Of a DNA stretch of 64,000 nucleotides, positions 48,101-61,400 are shown piece after piece. The notes under the pieces were generated by a model. The model worked only from the letters and a program-made list of their open reading frames with translations. It searched no databases and was not told the origin of the DNA. Both the position numbers and the translations under genes were made by a program. This stretch comes from Auanema rhodensis (taxonomy: Eukaryota; Animalia; Nematoda). Location of the stretch: NCBI GenBank assembly GCA_964057225.1, contig OZ059894.1, forward strand, positions 9,300,001-9,364,000. Direction: 5' to 3'. Position 1 is the first letter of the stretch. Every line of letters starts with the position of its first letter.

Positions 48101-49995
48101 GCAGTAAAAGTCATTACTGGCTTGTTAACGCAGAATCCAAATACTTCTCGATTTTCTCATTGATACCACTATCATGCCATGTGTGTACTTAGCTTAGAGA
48201 ATTATCGTCAAAAAACTCACATATTCTGTTAATTTGGCCGTTACAGAATGTTCGATGAAGTTTCTTATCAAACCAAATGATTTTATTCTTTTCTAGAAAA
48301 AAAGGGGGAATACCCCTCTTCCAGACTGCGGTTAGGTTAACACCTGATCCCCAGGGATCATTATAGCCTAAACTCACAAATTATTTTGAACATAAGTTTA
48401 CTTCCTCTTCCCAAACGTTCATTCGCCTTTTTATAAAATTTACTAAAATGTCTTAATATTAAACAAAAGCTTATAAGAACTTAATTATTCGATTTAGTCT
48501 TAATGGAGGTTAGTTTTCTCAAGATGAGACCTCATTACTTTTCGTCTAATCTCGTTCTAATAATTATCTCTGTCACCCGCATTCTGTTCGGATTTCTCAT
48601 CTCCTTTTTTAAATCGAAAATTGTTTGTTTCGCTTTATGAATTAGATATAAATCTTCGCCAAATCATAAGTTATCTCTATTGTTTCCAAAGTTTTCATTA
48701 GCCTTTTACATATTTGTAATAAACAACGAGGCTTCCGTCTTGGACTTTTTTCTGTTTCTTATTGAATTTCTTTATTTAAAAATCTTGCGAAGAAGATTCA
48801 ATGATATGAGATGTTTTTATTTTACCGGTGTAACTGGAAATATTTCCACAGTTTTCATCTATCCAATTACTATAGAAATCATTCTTCTTAAGGATTCGTG
48901 AACAGTATTATTTCCTTGTTTTTCCGCTTCTTCAACGTTTTTGCTTTTTTTTTACTATTTGTCTGCTTATTGTATGCTAAATCTACTTGAAGTAATTCTT
49001 ACTCTTTCTGTCAGTCTGACCAGCAGAAACCGGCAGTTTCAGCTAGATCAGACCATCCGTTCATAACTTCTTACCAATCCTATTTGTCTTTATGGCTAAT
49101 GATGGTTAAGAAAAAGTTTCAGTTTTCTGATTTATATACTGAAATTAGAAAGCGTGTTTGATCTATGTGCACAATCATGTTCCGCTATTCTTATTTTCTA
49201 CAGTACTTGCATATGTACAAGAAGAGAGTGTATGTGAAAGATTGAGAGAGGTAGAGAGAGAGAGAGAGAAAGAGAGAGAGTCCACAAGTACTACTGGTAT
49301 TACTCTCATGATTGTCATTTGCTTCCTGTTCTTCTCGAATATGTCCTTTTCTTTTAAGAATTTTTTTTGAACCCGGATCATTAATTGCAACAATGGTATG
49401 ATTTTTGAAATATTACAAAATGTGCTGACAGGTTTTAGATAATCAGAAATTTATTGAATTACGTGCAATACATTCATATTGCAATTGACTTCCTATGGTG
49501 GGAGGGGTGGGTGGAGAACACAACTAAAAGTTCATAGAGCTACAATCTATCTTAGAAAATTGACCTTGACTCCTCTCTAAAGGATATTGAGAAATGAAGC
49601 AATTTACCTCGAAAATAGCGATGAATCTTACTCACACCTGCTTTGTCAGACTTCACTGTGCTTAATTGCTGATACCAGGATATCTAGACGGCCGGCATCA
49701 ATCTGTCATTGAAACATGCTTCTCATCTCCTTCAACTCCTCTATCTCAATCTTTAACAGTCGTTTTCGTATTTGAAAACCAGATTTTTAACGGATAATTG
49801 TCTCACTCCTTTACAGCTTCTTTACACTTTTATCATTCTAAACTATCATATTTCCTGTTCTTATTATTTTGAAGTTTTTATAATTTATTCAAGAACATTC
49901 CTGTCATCTAATTCAATCTCATTATAGGCTCAACTCCGAATATACGAGATATTCTATATATTTTCTATTTTTCTTAGTTTTTAATTCGATTAATC

Positions 49996-52900
49996 ATGCG
50001 TCTTTGTACGCAAAAGTATCAAGCTCATCTAGAGGTAAGACAGTATTTTGAAAAGTTTTATCTCTAATTATCAAAAATTTTTAGAAATATTGTTATAATT
50101 TGGGATTATCAATAGGATATAATCCATGGAAGTATATTATTGGCATATTACTTGTAACAGCTTTATCTTCTCTTGGATTCCTCCGATTTCATCAGGTATT
50201 TTATGCTTTGATATAATATATTCTATATATATATATTGTTATTTTAGCTAAACAATGCTAGAATTACTTTTACTGCTTCTGATTCCCGATCTCATGTGGA
50301 AGGCGCGGTTATGGAAAACTTTCTGCGTCAAAACGGTAGCCTTCACATGGTTGAGGTATATTCCATATAAGTTCACGATAATATGTATATATAAGCTGTA
50401 TAGGTTATGATAAAATCCTCTGATAATGGCTCATTACTCAGAGATGAGTTTAGACATCAGCTTTGGCATATGGTAAAGGAAATTGCTAATGACATCAAGG
50501 CTCACGTAAGTTTAAATAAGTTTTAATGATCATTGACACATTATGTTACAGGGTTCTGATAATAGACTTCTATCCTATAATGATATGTGTGCACCATATT
50601 GTCAAAAGAATGATCCATTCTATGCTTTTATCAAGCTTTACGAACACAACATAACCGATTTACAAGTATAATTTGAAATAATTTTCTTAAATTCAAATAG
50701 AAGAATGTTATAGTTAACATATCCAGCATTGGATATTATGGGAAAACAGTTATTCATTGCAAATAATCTTTATGGAATTGAATTCGTTAATGGATCGAGT
50801 AAGATTATAAAAGGATTCAATACTGTTATTCTGAGATACTATATGGTACACCAGGATATGAAGCCAATGCTTGAATGGGAAGGAAAAGTAAATTATATTC
50901 TTATAGTTATAATTAATGAGAAACGTTTTTCAGTTACTTCATCTTCTATATGAATCTAATAAGTATCCTTTCCTCAGAGGTGGTGCTGGTTCTGATAACA
51001 TTGTTTCAAAGGTAAAAATGAATGAGAATATTCTATAATCATTCTTATATTTCAGGAAGTTAAAGCTATGGGAACTCGAACAGCTCCATTACTCTCAATC
51101 TCTTTGGTTTTACTTATGTTCTTCCTCGTTGTATGCTCATTCCGGTAGCAATCGTTAATAATATATATCGATGTTCATAATCTAATTCTAGCTACCGTCG
51201 GCAAGAGTCTAAGCCGTGGGAAGCTTTGTTGGGAGGTGCTATTCCGATTTTGGCCGGAATAACCACGGTTGGTATGGTTTCAGCTACTGGTTTAGCTTTC
51301 CAATCTATTGTTGTCAGCTCTCTCTTCCTCATCTTAGCTATAGGTCTGTTTGAGAGTTTATTTTTCAATTTAAAAAAATATTCGCTACAGGAATCGATGA
51401 TGTTTTCATCATGTTATCAGCTTGGCATAGAGCTGATAGATCACTCGATATTCCACATCGAATAGCTGAAATGGTGAAAGTGAGCTAATTACAATGAACT
51501 GAGATTTCATTCTCTTTACCTAGGAATCTGGATGTTCAATGACTGTAACTTCTATTACTAATGTAATTTCATTCGGAAATGGAGTACTATCGACAACCCC
51601 TGTTCTTCAGGTAATTTTTCATATTTTGCTTTTCGTTTACTTCAATTTGTTATAATTTAGAGTTTTGCCATATACTCTACAGTTGCCAGTGTTGCATGTT
51701 TCTTCTATCAACTTATGCTTTTCCCTGCCATCATGACTTTGACGGCACCAAATGAGTATAAGAAGATTGATGATGTAAAGTATGTGACAATTGTTTGAAA
51801 CTTAGTTTTATCTTATATCTTCAGCAAGTCATGTCTACCAAATGAAATCAAAATTATCAAGCCTCTAGGAAAATTCCATGATAGAGCATGGAAGAAATTG
51901 GCTAAGCTTGTAACTGAACCATTAACAGCTGTCATTACTATTGGAGTAAGTGAATATCTTTGATTTATTAATTTTTCAAAAATCTGTATTAATGAATGAA
52001 TGTTTATAAACGATTTACAGATTTTGATTGGATATTGGACACTCTCCGTTTATGGAATTTACATTGTCGAAGTAGACTTAGCAGTTCAGCATTTGGCACC
52101 AAAAGAAGCTAAAATTGCGCAATTCAAAGCTGAATATGATGAAGCTATAAAGGTATAATGCAACAAATTGTCATACTGTAACTCTATTTCCGTTTTCAGG
52201 GTATGCAAACTGTTGCTACTGTGGTGACAAATCCAGGAGATTTAAGAAATTCTACTCGTTTAGAGAGTATAAAGACAATGCTTTACGATTTTGAGCATAC
52301 TAGTTACAGGTTAATTATACTAAATTTACTAGTTTCTAATAATAAATGAAATTTAAGTTATGGAAATGAATCAACTTTCTGTTTCCTTAGACCTTATTTG
52401 GATTATTTGAATTTCTATGAAGCTGACGAAGATGATACGGTAGTTTATTTATAAAATATTTTAGATATAATATGTTGTAATATATTTTAGCCAGTTGTCT
52501 TCACTTATGAAGCTATGGAATCCTTTTTAAGAATTGATCCATTTTGGGCTCCAACAATTCATATGAACATGACAGCTTGTAAACTAAATCAGCCTGAATG
52601 TATTGAATCATTCCTCTTTACAAGTGGATTTACCACTCTTAGCAGGTATATGAACTCAACTTTTTCTACTAAATTCACTTATTTTGTTCAGTTATAATGA
52701 AATGTATCCATTGCTGGAAGAGTGGAGAGCTATCAGTGATAATACTCCCGAGCTTGGTATCTATTCATATTCAGAGCGAAGTAACTTTGCTGATCAGGTT
52801 TAATAGTCAATCGCAAATTTGTTATGTAACAATTTAACTTCAGACTGCTGCATTAACTGGTGTAATCTGGGAAACATTGTTATCAGAAGTTATATGTATG

Positions 52901-53719
52901 GGATTATCTTATATAGTTCTTGTTCCGGATACAGATTCCATTATCGCTTCCATGTTTGCTTTATTATCTGTTAATATGGGAGTAAGTATTTTTTCCTCAC
53001 AAAGTTTAAATTTATTCGTTTCGGAACATTTAGTTTTACCTTCTATTGTCTATGTTCTTTTAGGTATTTGGCTTCTTGTCTCTTTGGGGAGTTGGTGTTG
53101 ATCCAGTATCTATGGCAGCTCTCTTGATGAGTATCGGATTTTCTGTGGATATTTCTGCTCATATAAGTTATCACTACTATACAGTCAAAGCACCTGTACG
53201 TATATAAAACTATTTTAATTAATACAACTACTTCTAAATACATCATTTGGATCTTTTCAGACAGCACGTGAACGTTTAGAGGATGCTTTCCTTACTATTG
53301 GGTGGCCAACGGTTCAAGGAGGAATGAGTACATTGGCAGCAATGTTACCTATCATGTTGACACCCAATTATTTGTTATTAACCTTCTTGAAAGTGAGATT
53401 ACCATCTAGGCTTCATCACTTAAACTTTGTTGTTGTTCAGGCTGTAGCTCTTGTCATCGTCTTCGGTCTTCTTCATGGCCTCATAGTTCTACCGGTATTC
53501 TTATCACTGATAGACATTGCTATGAAATCATGTAGACAAGATAGGTATATCCTCATCAATAAATACTCACTAATCTCATCATTTGCTATCTTTAGAATTG
53601 CTGATAGTTCGGAAACTGCTACAGCTTCGTCAAGCAGCACTTCTTGTGACAGCCTGCCTCAGACTCTAGCACCACATCGGATTTCGATCAAAAGTTTCAC
53701 CAACTACTCATCCAAATAG
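49996..53719 (+). CDS. Patched-related (PTR) sterol-sensing-domain / RND-family membrane protein
   Basis: TM1 [19 protein letters not shown]; luminal MCAPYCQKN and LTYP; SSD with [10 protein letters not shown] and [12 protein letters not shown] (GxxDD); [13 protein letters not shown]; second repeat [29 protein letters not shown]; GWPTVQGG; [14 protein letters not shown]; stop at 53717-53719. The exact ptr paralogue was not recognised. Confidence 0.95.
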
Positions 53720-54113
53720 ATATCAGACTTCATCAAACCGGGTTGACCAAAGCATCAATAACAGCTACAAGCCAAACGCTAGCATATAGCCGTGAGATTA
53801 CCATGTTGCATCGCAATATTTTTACGTTGTCCTTCCAAACTTTTGCATTCATTATACGGGTTTTACACATATTATTTGTATTGGAAAGATTATTCGTCTT
53901 CGATTCTTGAAAAATATTAGTTTGTAACTAGTTTTGATAGCCGAACATGCTCAAAATTTGGTTCGGCTAATATATATTGAATGTTATAGAAATTTCAGTA
54001 CAAAACGGTTGCATTCTTTTGCAGAAAATAATGTAAATGTGAAGTTGTATGACAAAATGTATTTCATAAAAATTTGCAAAACACTTTTAAACAGTTTTTT
54101 TACGTCAAATTGA

Positions 54114-54549
54114 TTAAGGAAGACCCCATTTTGGATCAGTAAAGGTAGGATAAAACGCATTACCCCATGCCTTGACATGGTTGCAGAAATTTGTTGAATG
54201 CATCTAGAATATTTACAAATGACTAAGAATACGCTTGATAAACATACCTTGCACAATCCCTTTGCTTTGATATTGTCGAGACAACGGCAGAATTCCTGAT
54301 CGCATACTTCTGACTTGGTACGTTTTGCATAGCACTTACCGTGTATAGTACAACAACTTGCATAATCAGCTAAATTTTACAAGAAAATGTATGAAAACCA
54401 GCATATTTGATTCACTTACAAAGTAAATCTACGCAATCAAGCTTCACATTTACTTCCATTCCGTTATTCGTAAAAGGGTCCAAACCACAATAAAATCTTG
54501 ACAATACATATGAAGGAAGCAGAGCTACCAAGATTGAAATAAGAAGCAT
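54114..54549 (-). CDS. Small secreted cysteine-rich phospholipase A2-fold protein (nematode PLA2-like family), 3 exons
   Basis: Signal peptide MLLISILVALLPSYVLS; FYCG; CCTIHGKCY; CDQEFCRCL; FCNHVKAWGNAFY; ends WGLP* at 54114. Confidence 0.8.
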
Positions 54550-54815
54550 TACGCGATGTGTTGACAATGAATAGAACTTGGTTTGAAATATGCACATATA
54601 TAAACTTTTTTCTTAATGAATATTAATGGACAAATAAGATTTCACAAATGGATTTCGCATTATGAAGTTAATCTAAACTAGTTTACGAATATATCACAGT
54701 TCAAGAAGAATCCCAAAACATATTAAGAGCACTTATACATTAAAAAAATTAAATTAATTAATACACCCGGTCAACACTAATAAACATCCCAGGGTAGTTA
54801 TGCTCCAGATAAAAA

Positions 54816-57800
54816 CTACCAGTCAGCAAAATCATCCATTTTTGCTGTTGCTTTTGTTGGTTCTAATTTCAAAGCACCTTTAGCAGCGCGTTTCTTGGCT
54901 AGTTCAGCCTTTCGAGCCTCCTGTCTAGCTGCCGCCTCGGCCCTACGGGCTTCTAAAAAAATTTATTTGAAGATACATTTTACGCGCATTACCTCTATCA
55001 GCATTGTTAGAAACCACAGGTTTAGCTACCTTCACTGCTTCTCCTTCCCATTCATTATTGTCCCATCCACTTGAAGTATCTTGATTCCAGTCTAAATTTT
55101 GAAATCAACAGATGTTTTGACAAACTTTGATTACTACCTGAGTTACTTGAGGGTGATTTGGATAGACTTGTGTCAGCGAACAGATCTGTTACTGAAATAT
55201 GGAAATTTGTCAAATTAGCAATTTAAAACTCATACCTTTTTCTACAGCTGGCTTAGGTACGGATGGCTTTCTAATGACTGGCTTATCAAAGCTCTGTTTC
55301 TTAACTGCGGGACTACTAGCTGGCTTCGTAGTTTGCCAGTCATTGGACCAATCGTCCTCATCATTCTTCTCGGAAGCATCAGCCCAATCATCTAAAATTG
55401 CAAATATTCATCTAAATAAAATACAAAACTACTAACCAGCAGGATCGTCGTCCAAATCACCCCAGCCATCATTATCAGAGCTTTGGGGTGGAGCAGTAGG
55501 AGTGTTTGTTGGTTTTACGGGAGGGCGACATTCTTTTTCTTCATTATTACTGGGGCTGCCCTCTTTCTTTCCTGGAGATCCAGTATCTGGTGGTGGTGGA
55601 CCCTTATAGAACTTTCCAGATAACGACTTCAGAGCCCAGCTAGCCCATTGTGGAACCTAAGAATGCAACACGTCTTTCTATTCCGCCAAAAAGTAAAATA
55701 TATACCTTGTCACTAGATAATAGAGACTTTCCTCCAGCTCTAACTTGTGCTTCATGTTCCGCAATCAACTCAGGATTTTCACTCACACGTTCAAGAGTAC
55801 TGAGAAAACCTTTAATTGCTTTAAAGGCTTGTTCTCGAACCTAAGCACGAAATTCGAATAAGGTTAATCAGAATGTTAATTACCTGTGACTCAGGATCAC
55901 AACATAAAGGAGATAACGACGGTAAAACACGGTTAGCAATTTCACCGATGGAATAGAATTGTTGAGTAGCGGACAATGCAAGTAAAGCTGCTAACCTTGC
56001 TGGAGGAAACGGATCCTATAGTGTAAGTATTAGGAATTACATATTTGATTTCAAGCTTACTTTCATTCCTCTAGTGAAAGCACTTAAGAGAATCTGTTGA
56101 CGTTTTGAAGGATCCAACAAAGCTCCAACTTTTCCCAAGCAAATTGTCGTGTTTGTACGAATGCCACCATGTTCATCGCCTCCTGCAGAAAGAGACAAGT
56201 CATTACTTGACAACAAAGCATGAGAACGTATGCCTCGATAGCTCAGTTGGGAGAGCGTTAGACTGAAGATCTAAAGGTCACCAGTTCGATCCTGGTTCGG
56301 GGCAACTTGTTTTGCAATTTTAAAAAAATGTTTCCAAACATGATAAAGCAAAAGCAGTGATCACCTTACAAGGAATTATCTTTTAAATTTGTTTTAAGCA
56401 AAGAAAAAGTTAAAAAAAATATATAAATAGGATATATAATATAAATAATGTGAAATGATTGAAAAGGTAATAAAATTTAAAAAAAAAAGAATAATATATA
56501 TAATTTAAAAAATCAACAAACTAAGATACTAACCTTGTAATCTAGCAAGATATTTCATTAACTCCACGTTAAGATTGTGGAAGTTAAGTTTCTCAGCAAG
56601 TGGAACCATGGCTTTCACAGTACTTTCTCGTACAGCAGGTGATGTGTCCAAGAATCCAGTAATCAAATTGCTGAAAATGTATAAATTTGGTTAAAAACTC
56701 AAAATCTTCTAAGATCTAAAAAGCACCTAAAGATTTTGTCATTAACTACAGATGAAGTCAAATGAGCACTGAATTCATCAATTCTCTCCAATAGTTTAAC
56801 ACGTGTTGTTCGGTCAGAACTACTGAACAACTGAAATATGATTGAGATTATTGTGAAACTAACTTTCAAATAATTACTTTAACCAAGCAGGGAACAATTC
56901 TCCGCTGATATTCTTCTTCATCAAGTAATCCTCCTAACTTAAAAAGAGGAATGAGAATATTTGGTCCAGCATCTCCATACTCATAAGTCTAAAATAGAAT
57001 TAAGAAATAACTTTTTTCTGTGATAGAAATACCATAATCAATCTGGGGAGAATCTTATATTTAGCAATATCATCAGGAAATATTCCAAGATTTTCACTGA
57101 ATTATTGAAATTATACAAATACATTTGTACAAAAAAACTAACCGTAAATGCATAAAAAAGCTTTGTTTTTCACTGGATTCTTTCAACTGGAACTCTTCTA
57201 AAAACAATAAAGTGTCCACAAATTTATTCTTGAAATATCCTCCATTCAGTCTCTGCTCTGAAATTTTTCGTTATGTTCAACACATATTATAAATTAAATA
57301 AACCTCTAATAAGATCAGAAACTGACAGTCTGGATGCAGATGGAGCAGCAATTTTTTTGTAAATTTCAACAAGTCTAGAAGATGTAAACTAAGCAATCAA
57401 TAGAAAAGAGCAGTTATACCTAGAAGGTAGCTTTCCTGGTGCTTGAGGCTTACTAATACCAGCATTAAAGCCATTAAAAATTTCCCAAAGAACTATACCA
57501 AGTTGATTCAGATCATTTTGGGCATTTCTAGAAGAAAAAATGGGTTTACTGGTAAAAATATCTATTTGAATACGTGAATGATGTGATTTTGTGAACACAT
57601 GATAACTTCCAATCTCCCCCTTCTGTTACATAAATTCCTTCTCGAATATTTTCATGACTTAAATTAGCCTCATGCAAAAATTTCAGACAATTCTGAAAAA
57701 AATCAATATATCCAAAGAATGGTTCTATGGGAAACTGACCAAAACTTGGAAAAAACCCCACGATACAAAAAATTCTTTCTGTTCTCCACTAAGTTCCCTA

Positions 57801-58210
57801 GTTCGGAAATAGTGAGAAAGGGGAACACAGCGTTCAGTGACTAAGTAGAATGTGTTTTCAATCTTAAAACAGGAAAAAGCTTCTAACAAACAAAAAATAT
57901 ATAAATCCAACCTCAATACTTTCCTGGAACGCAATAATATTAGGATGTCTCATTGTCTTCAACTTTTGTGCTTGGGCTCTGAGATCAGCAACATCAGTTG
58001 ATGTCCAGAAGACAGTTGCTAATACTTCTGGTTCGCTCTAAATCAAATTTCGTACAAATAGTTTATTTGAATACTTATTATTACTTTTTTGAAGCTTTTA
58101 GTAAGTTTAATCCCATTGACTTGAATAAAGTCTTCATTTCCAGAAGGCAGTTCATAGGCAAATCCAGCTTTAGGGTCCCTTGAGAAAAATGACGACAATA
58201 CTGAGGTCAT
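54816..58210 (-). CDS. scyl-1: SCY1-like pseudokinase 1 (N-terminal kinase-like protein)
   Basis: [15 protein letters not shown]; [13 protein letters not shown]; YLVTE; GDWKL; [18 protein letters not shown]; HEAT region with [35 protein letters not shown] and [10 protein letters not shown]; PQWASWA; acidic DW-rich tail; coiled coil; ends MDDFADW* at 54816. Confidence 0.95.
56232..56304 (+). tRNA. tRNA-Phe (GAA), intronless, antisense inside a scyl-1 intron
   Basis: GCCTCGA/TCGGGGC acceptor stem, GCTC/GAGC D stem, TTAGA-CTGAAGA-TCTAA anticodon arm, ACCAG-TTCGATC-CTGGT T arm, discriminator A, T4 run at 56310-56313. Confidence 0.98.
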
Positions 58211-58451
58211 ATCTTTAGAAAAATATTAGTACTAGTGGAATGTGATAAAGCTTCTTATCAGAAGTGCAAGTATATATTTAAATACTGAAGAATTAGCGTG
58301 AATAGGAAATATTGTACGTAAGACAACAGAGATAACGTGTTATTACGTACGTAATTTGAATTTTTTTCTTGCTTGTATATTAATAAAGTGGAAATATTTT
58401 TTATTTAAATATTTTCTACAATTTGAAGCCTTTCTAGGGTGATTATAGGAT
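58211..58451. promoter_or_regulatory. Bidirectional promoter region shared by scyl-1 and symplekin
   Basis: Divergent ATGs only 241 bp apart; central perfect palindrome ATTACGTACGTAAT at 58342-58355. Confidence 0.7.
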
Positions 58452-61400
58452 ATGGATGAAGACGTAGTACATATGGAAAATACTGACAATATCGCAGAAA
58501 AAGTAGGTGGAGCTATAGCAGCAGCACAACAAGCTAATAATGATCCGCAAGAAACGATAAGCCACTTGGAAACCGTAAATAGAAACCTTTTTTACTTTAA
58601 ATATCGTTTTGTATAGGCTGAAAAGTTGTTGTTAGATGGTAATCATGATCTCCTTGATAATTTTTTGGATGAAATGCTTGAATTTACTAGCTCAGGTGAA
58701 CCTGCTTTGATTCTGTATATTGTTGCGTTCATCGAGAGAGCATGGTAAATTAAATTATATTTTATTTTTAAAATGTAATGCTTTTAGTAAGAAAGAACCC
58801 GAAGTTATAAAAAAAGCAGTACCTGTATTATCCTATCTACTTAGTACTGAGCATACAAAATCTGTAAAAATCACTAAACGAGTAAATATATATATATTTT
58901 TAAAAAATTTTTGCTCAAATTTATTAAGGTTATTACGGTTATTGCGAATATATACCCTTTCATATTGAAATGGGCTGTTGGAAGACGATCAGATGCAGAT
59001 GCTGCAGGAGCTTGGGAAGCGTTTTCAGTTCTGAAAGGAAGAATCTTACAAATTATAGAAACAGACAATGAAGGGTATGTTATTTTTAATTTTTTTTGAT
59101 TTTTATATTCTCTTTTTAGAGTTAGAACAATGATTATCAAGTTTTTAGAAACAGCTGTGTTAGCACAATCTATAAAATCTCCTGTAAGAACATATATTCA
59201 ACCGTTTGCATTAATTTCAATTTCGTTTCAGGAAAGTGAGAGTGGAAGAGGTGATATCATGTGTTTGAATGATATTCCAAGGGATCACAGATTCATATCG
59301 TTCAGAAAAATGCAAGCTGAAGCTAATCTTCATCTTCAGTCTCTGATCGATCAAACTGCACTTGCTCACATCTCAGCGCAGGTACTGTCATCTTATTTTG
59401 TTTTCTGTACTTGTTTTTTGGCTTCAGAATCTTGTTTCATGTGTAAATGTATTATGTGCTATTGCTCGACAACGGCCAGATTACATGGGTAAAGTGATGG
59501 ATGCTTTGAAAGGATTGCACGCCAACCTTCCCCCAACCCTTGGTACTAGTCAGGTATTCCGAAGTTTTATATTCGCATTTATCAATTTTATTTCAGGTAA
59601 AATCAGTTAGGAAAGAATTAAAACTCCACATTCTTAAAATGCTACGACTTCCATCAGCAGTTCCCTTCCATTCTAGGTTTATTACTCTTTTAACTGATCT
59701 GGGAGCTTCTCAAAGTGTACTTTATAAACATTTTTTTCTCTATTGATAATTGTTTTTTTTTTAAGGAGATTAATCGTGCTATTCCTGCTAATATTGCAGA
59801 ACTTAAGAGAAGAGGTAAACGAACTGGTGATATCTCTGAACCATCCGTGAAAAAATATAAAGCAGATGATGGTAAGTATTTGTCTATTCAAATATTATAA
59901 GTTGTATTGGTTTTAGAAGACCATGATGATGAATATGGTGAAGAAACACCCAGTTCTCAAAAAATGGAAATATGTGAACAGAGGTAACCTTTTCCATGTA
60001 TATTTTATGTTCATTTTGTGTCCAACTTGTAGACAGGCTATTGACACAACTACCGATTTTATTTACGAAAGATTGAGTCCCTCTTTGGCCTGTAACTTAG
60101 TTCTTATGTCTTTGGTAAGAAAAATTGCTAACTTAAGCTTCTCGTAATTTAATTTTTCTTGTTTTAGATGACTTTACCCGATGAAATTCCTCCTGCTTTT
60201 ATGTCTAGCTATACACCAATATCAGCAGCGGGCTCAGAGGTTTCTTTGAATATTGGAATTTTTAATATAATTTCTTTCTTTAAGGGACAACGAAGACATT
60301 TGTCAGAGATGATGGCTGTACAAGCAACAGCTGCCGGATTAGGACCTGGATATGAACAATCGAAAGATAAGATTCAGAAGATTGTTGAGAAACCTACCCC
60401 AAAAATGGAAAACACGTTAGCATCTTCCCTTTCCGGCTTCAGTCTGAGTTCATCTAACAAGGAAATCAAACCAATGACTAATGTACTCTCTACATATTAA
60501 AATTTTGAATCGTCATCTTGAATTCAGGTTGGGCAGAAGACTAAGCTCCAATTTGATCTTATTGCAACAACGGTGGCTCAAAAGCTATCTAGAGAAGAAA
60601 CTATTGAACTCTTCGAGATGACATTTACTAGAGTAATGAATGCTGAAAGTATGTTTCTGATTATCATATCTTTCCTCAGTTTTATATTTTTTAGGAAGAG
60701 CAATACAGGGTGGAACTGCCGGTCTCCATAACTCCATCTTAGTCCGCTTAGCCTCAAGATATCAGATTAACGATGATGTGTTTGAAAGTTTGATGATTGA
60801 TTTCATTGTTCAAGATCACAAGGTTAGAACGGATTTAGCACTTCTCTGGATAGCAGAGTTATATGCTCAATATCAAGGGTAAATTCGTGAGCGTTCTTCT
60901 TTAATGTATCTGTTTCTTTAAGTTTTTCATATTGCTACAATTTCAAAACGGAGGATGGAGTTTCAACTCCACAGGTTAGATTAGAACGATATAACAGGGT
61001 TATGGTAGGACTTCTCTCAGCTTTAGTGGATAATAACCTCCCAAGAGAAGCGTATGTCTTTCAATTAGAAAAGTTTATCCTTATTTCAAATTTTAAGTAT
61101 ATTTCATAAAGTTCTTCTGGAAGTTCCTTTAGTAACACCAACTGCTATCCAAATTCTCAAGAAAGCTTGTTTAGATGAAGTAAGTTGCATCTTTCTTACC
61201 AGAAACATACTTTCTTCTAGGTTTTTGGTGCTTACAGCATGACAACACTTCGTGAGCTTATCTTAACTCGAGGAAGACAAAGACATGAAATGTTAGATAT
61301 TCTTTTCGAGTTATCGTTCTATGAGAAGCCTGCTCATGTAAGGATTCGTTTTATGATTTTAGTAACTGCGTTACTTTCAGCTTCGTCATTCATGTGTAGA

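Noticed and set aside
54550-54815. scyl-1 plus PLA2-like gene as an operon (same strand, about 270 bp gap)
   Set aside because: No consensus acceptor just before the PLA2-like ATG and a TATA-like element about 50 bp upstream, so an independent promoter is more likely.
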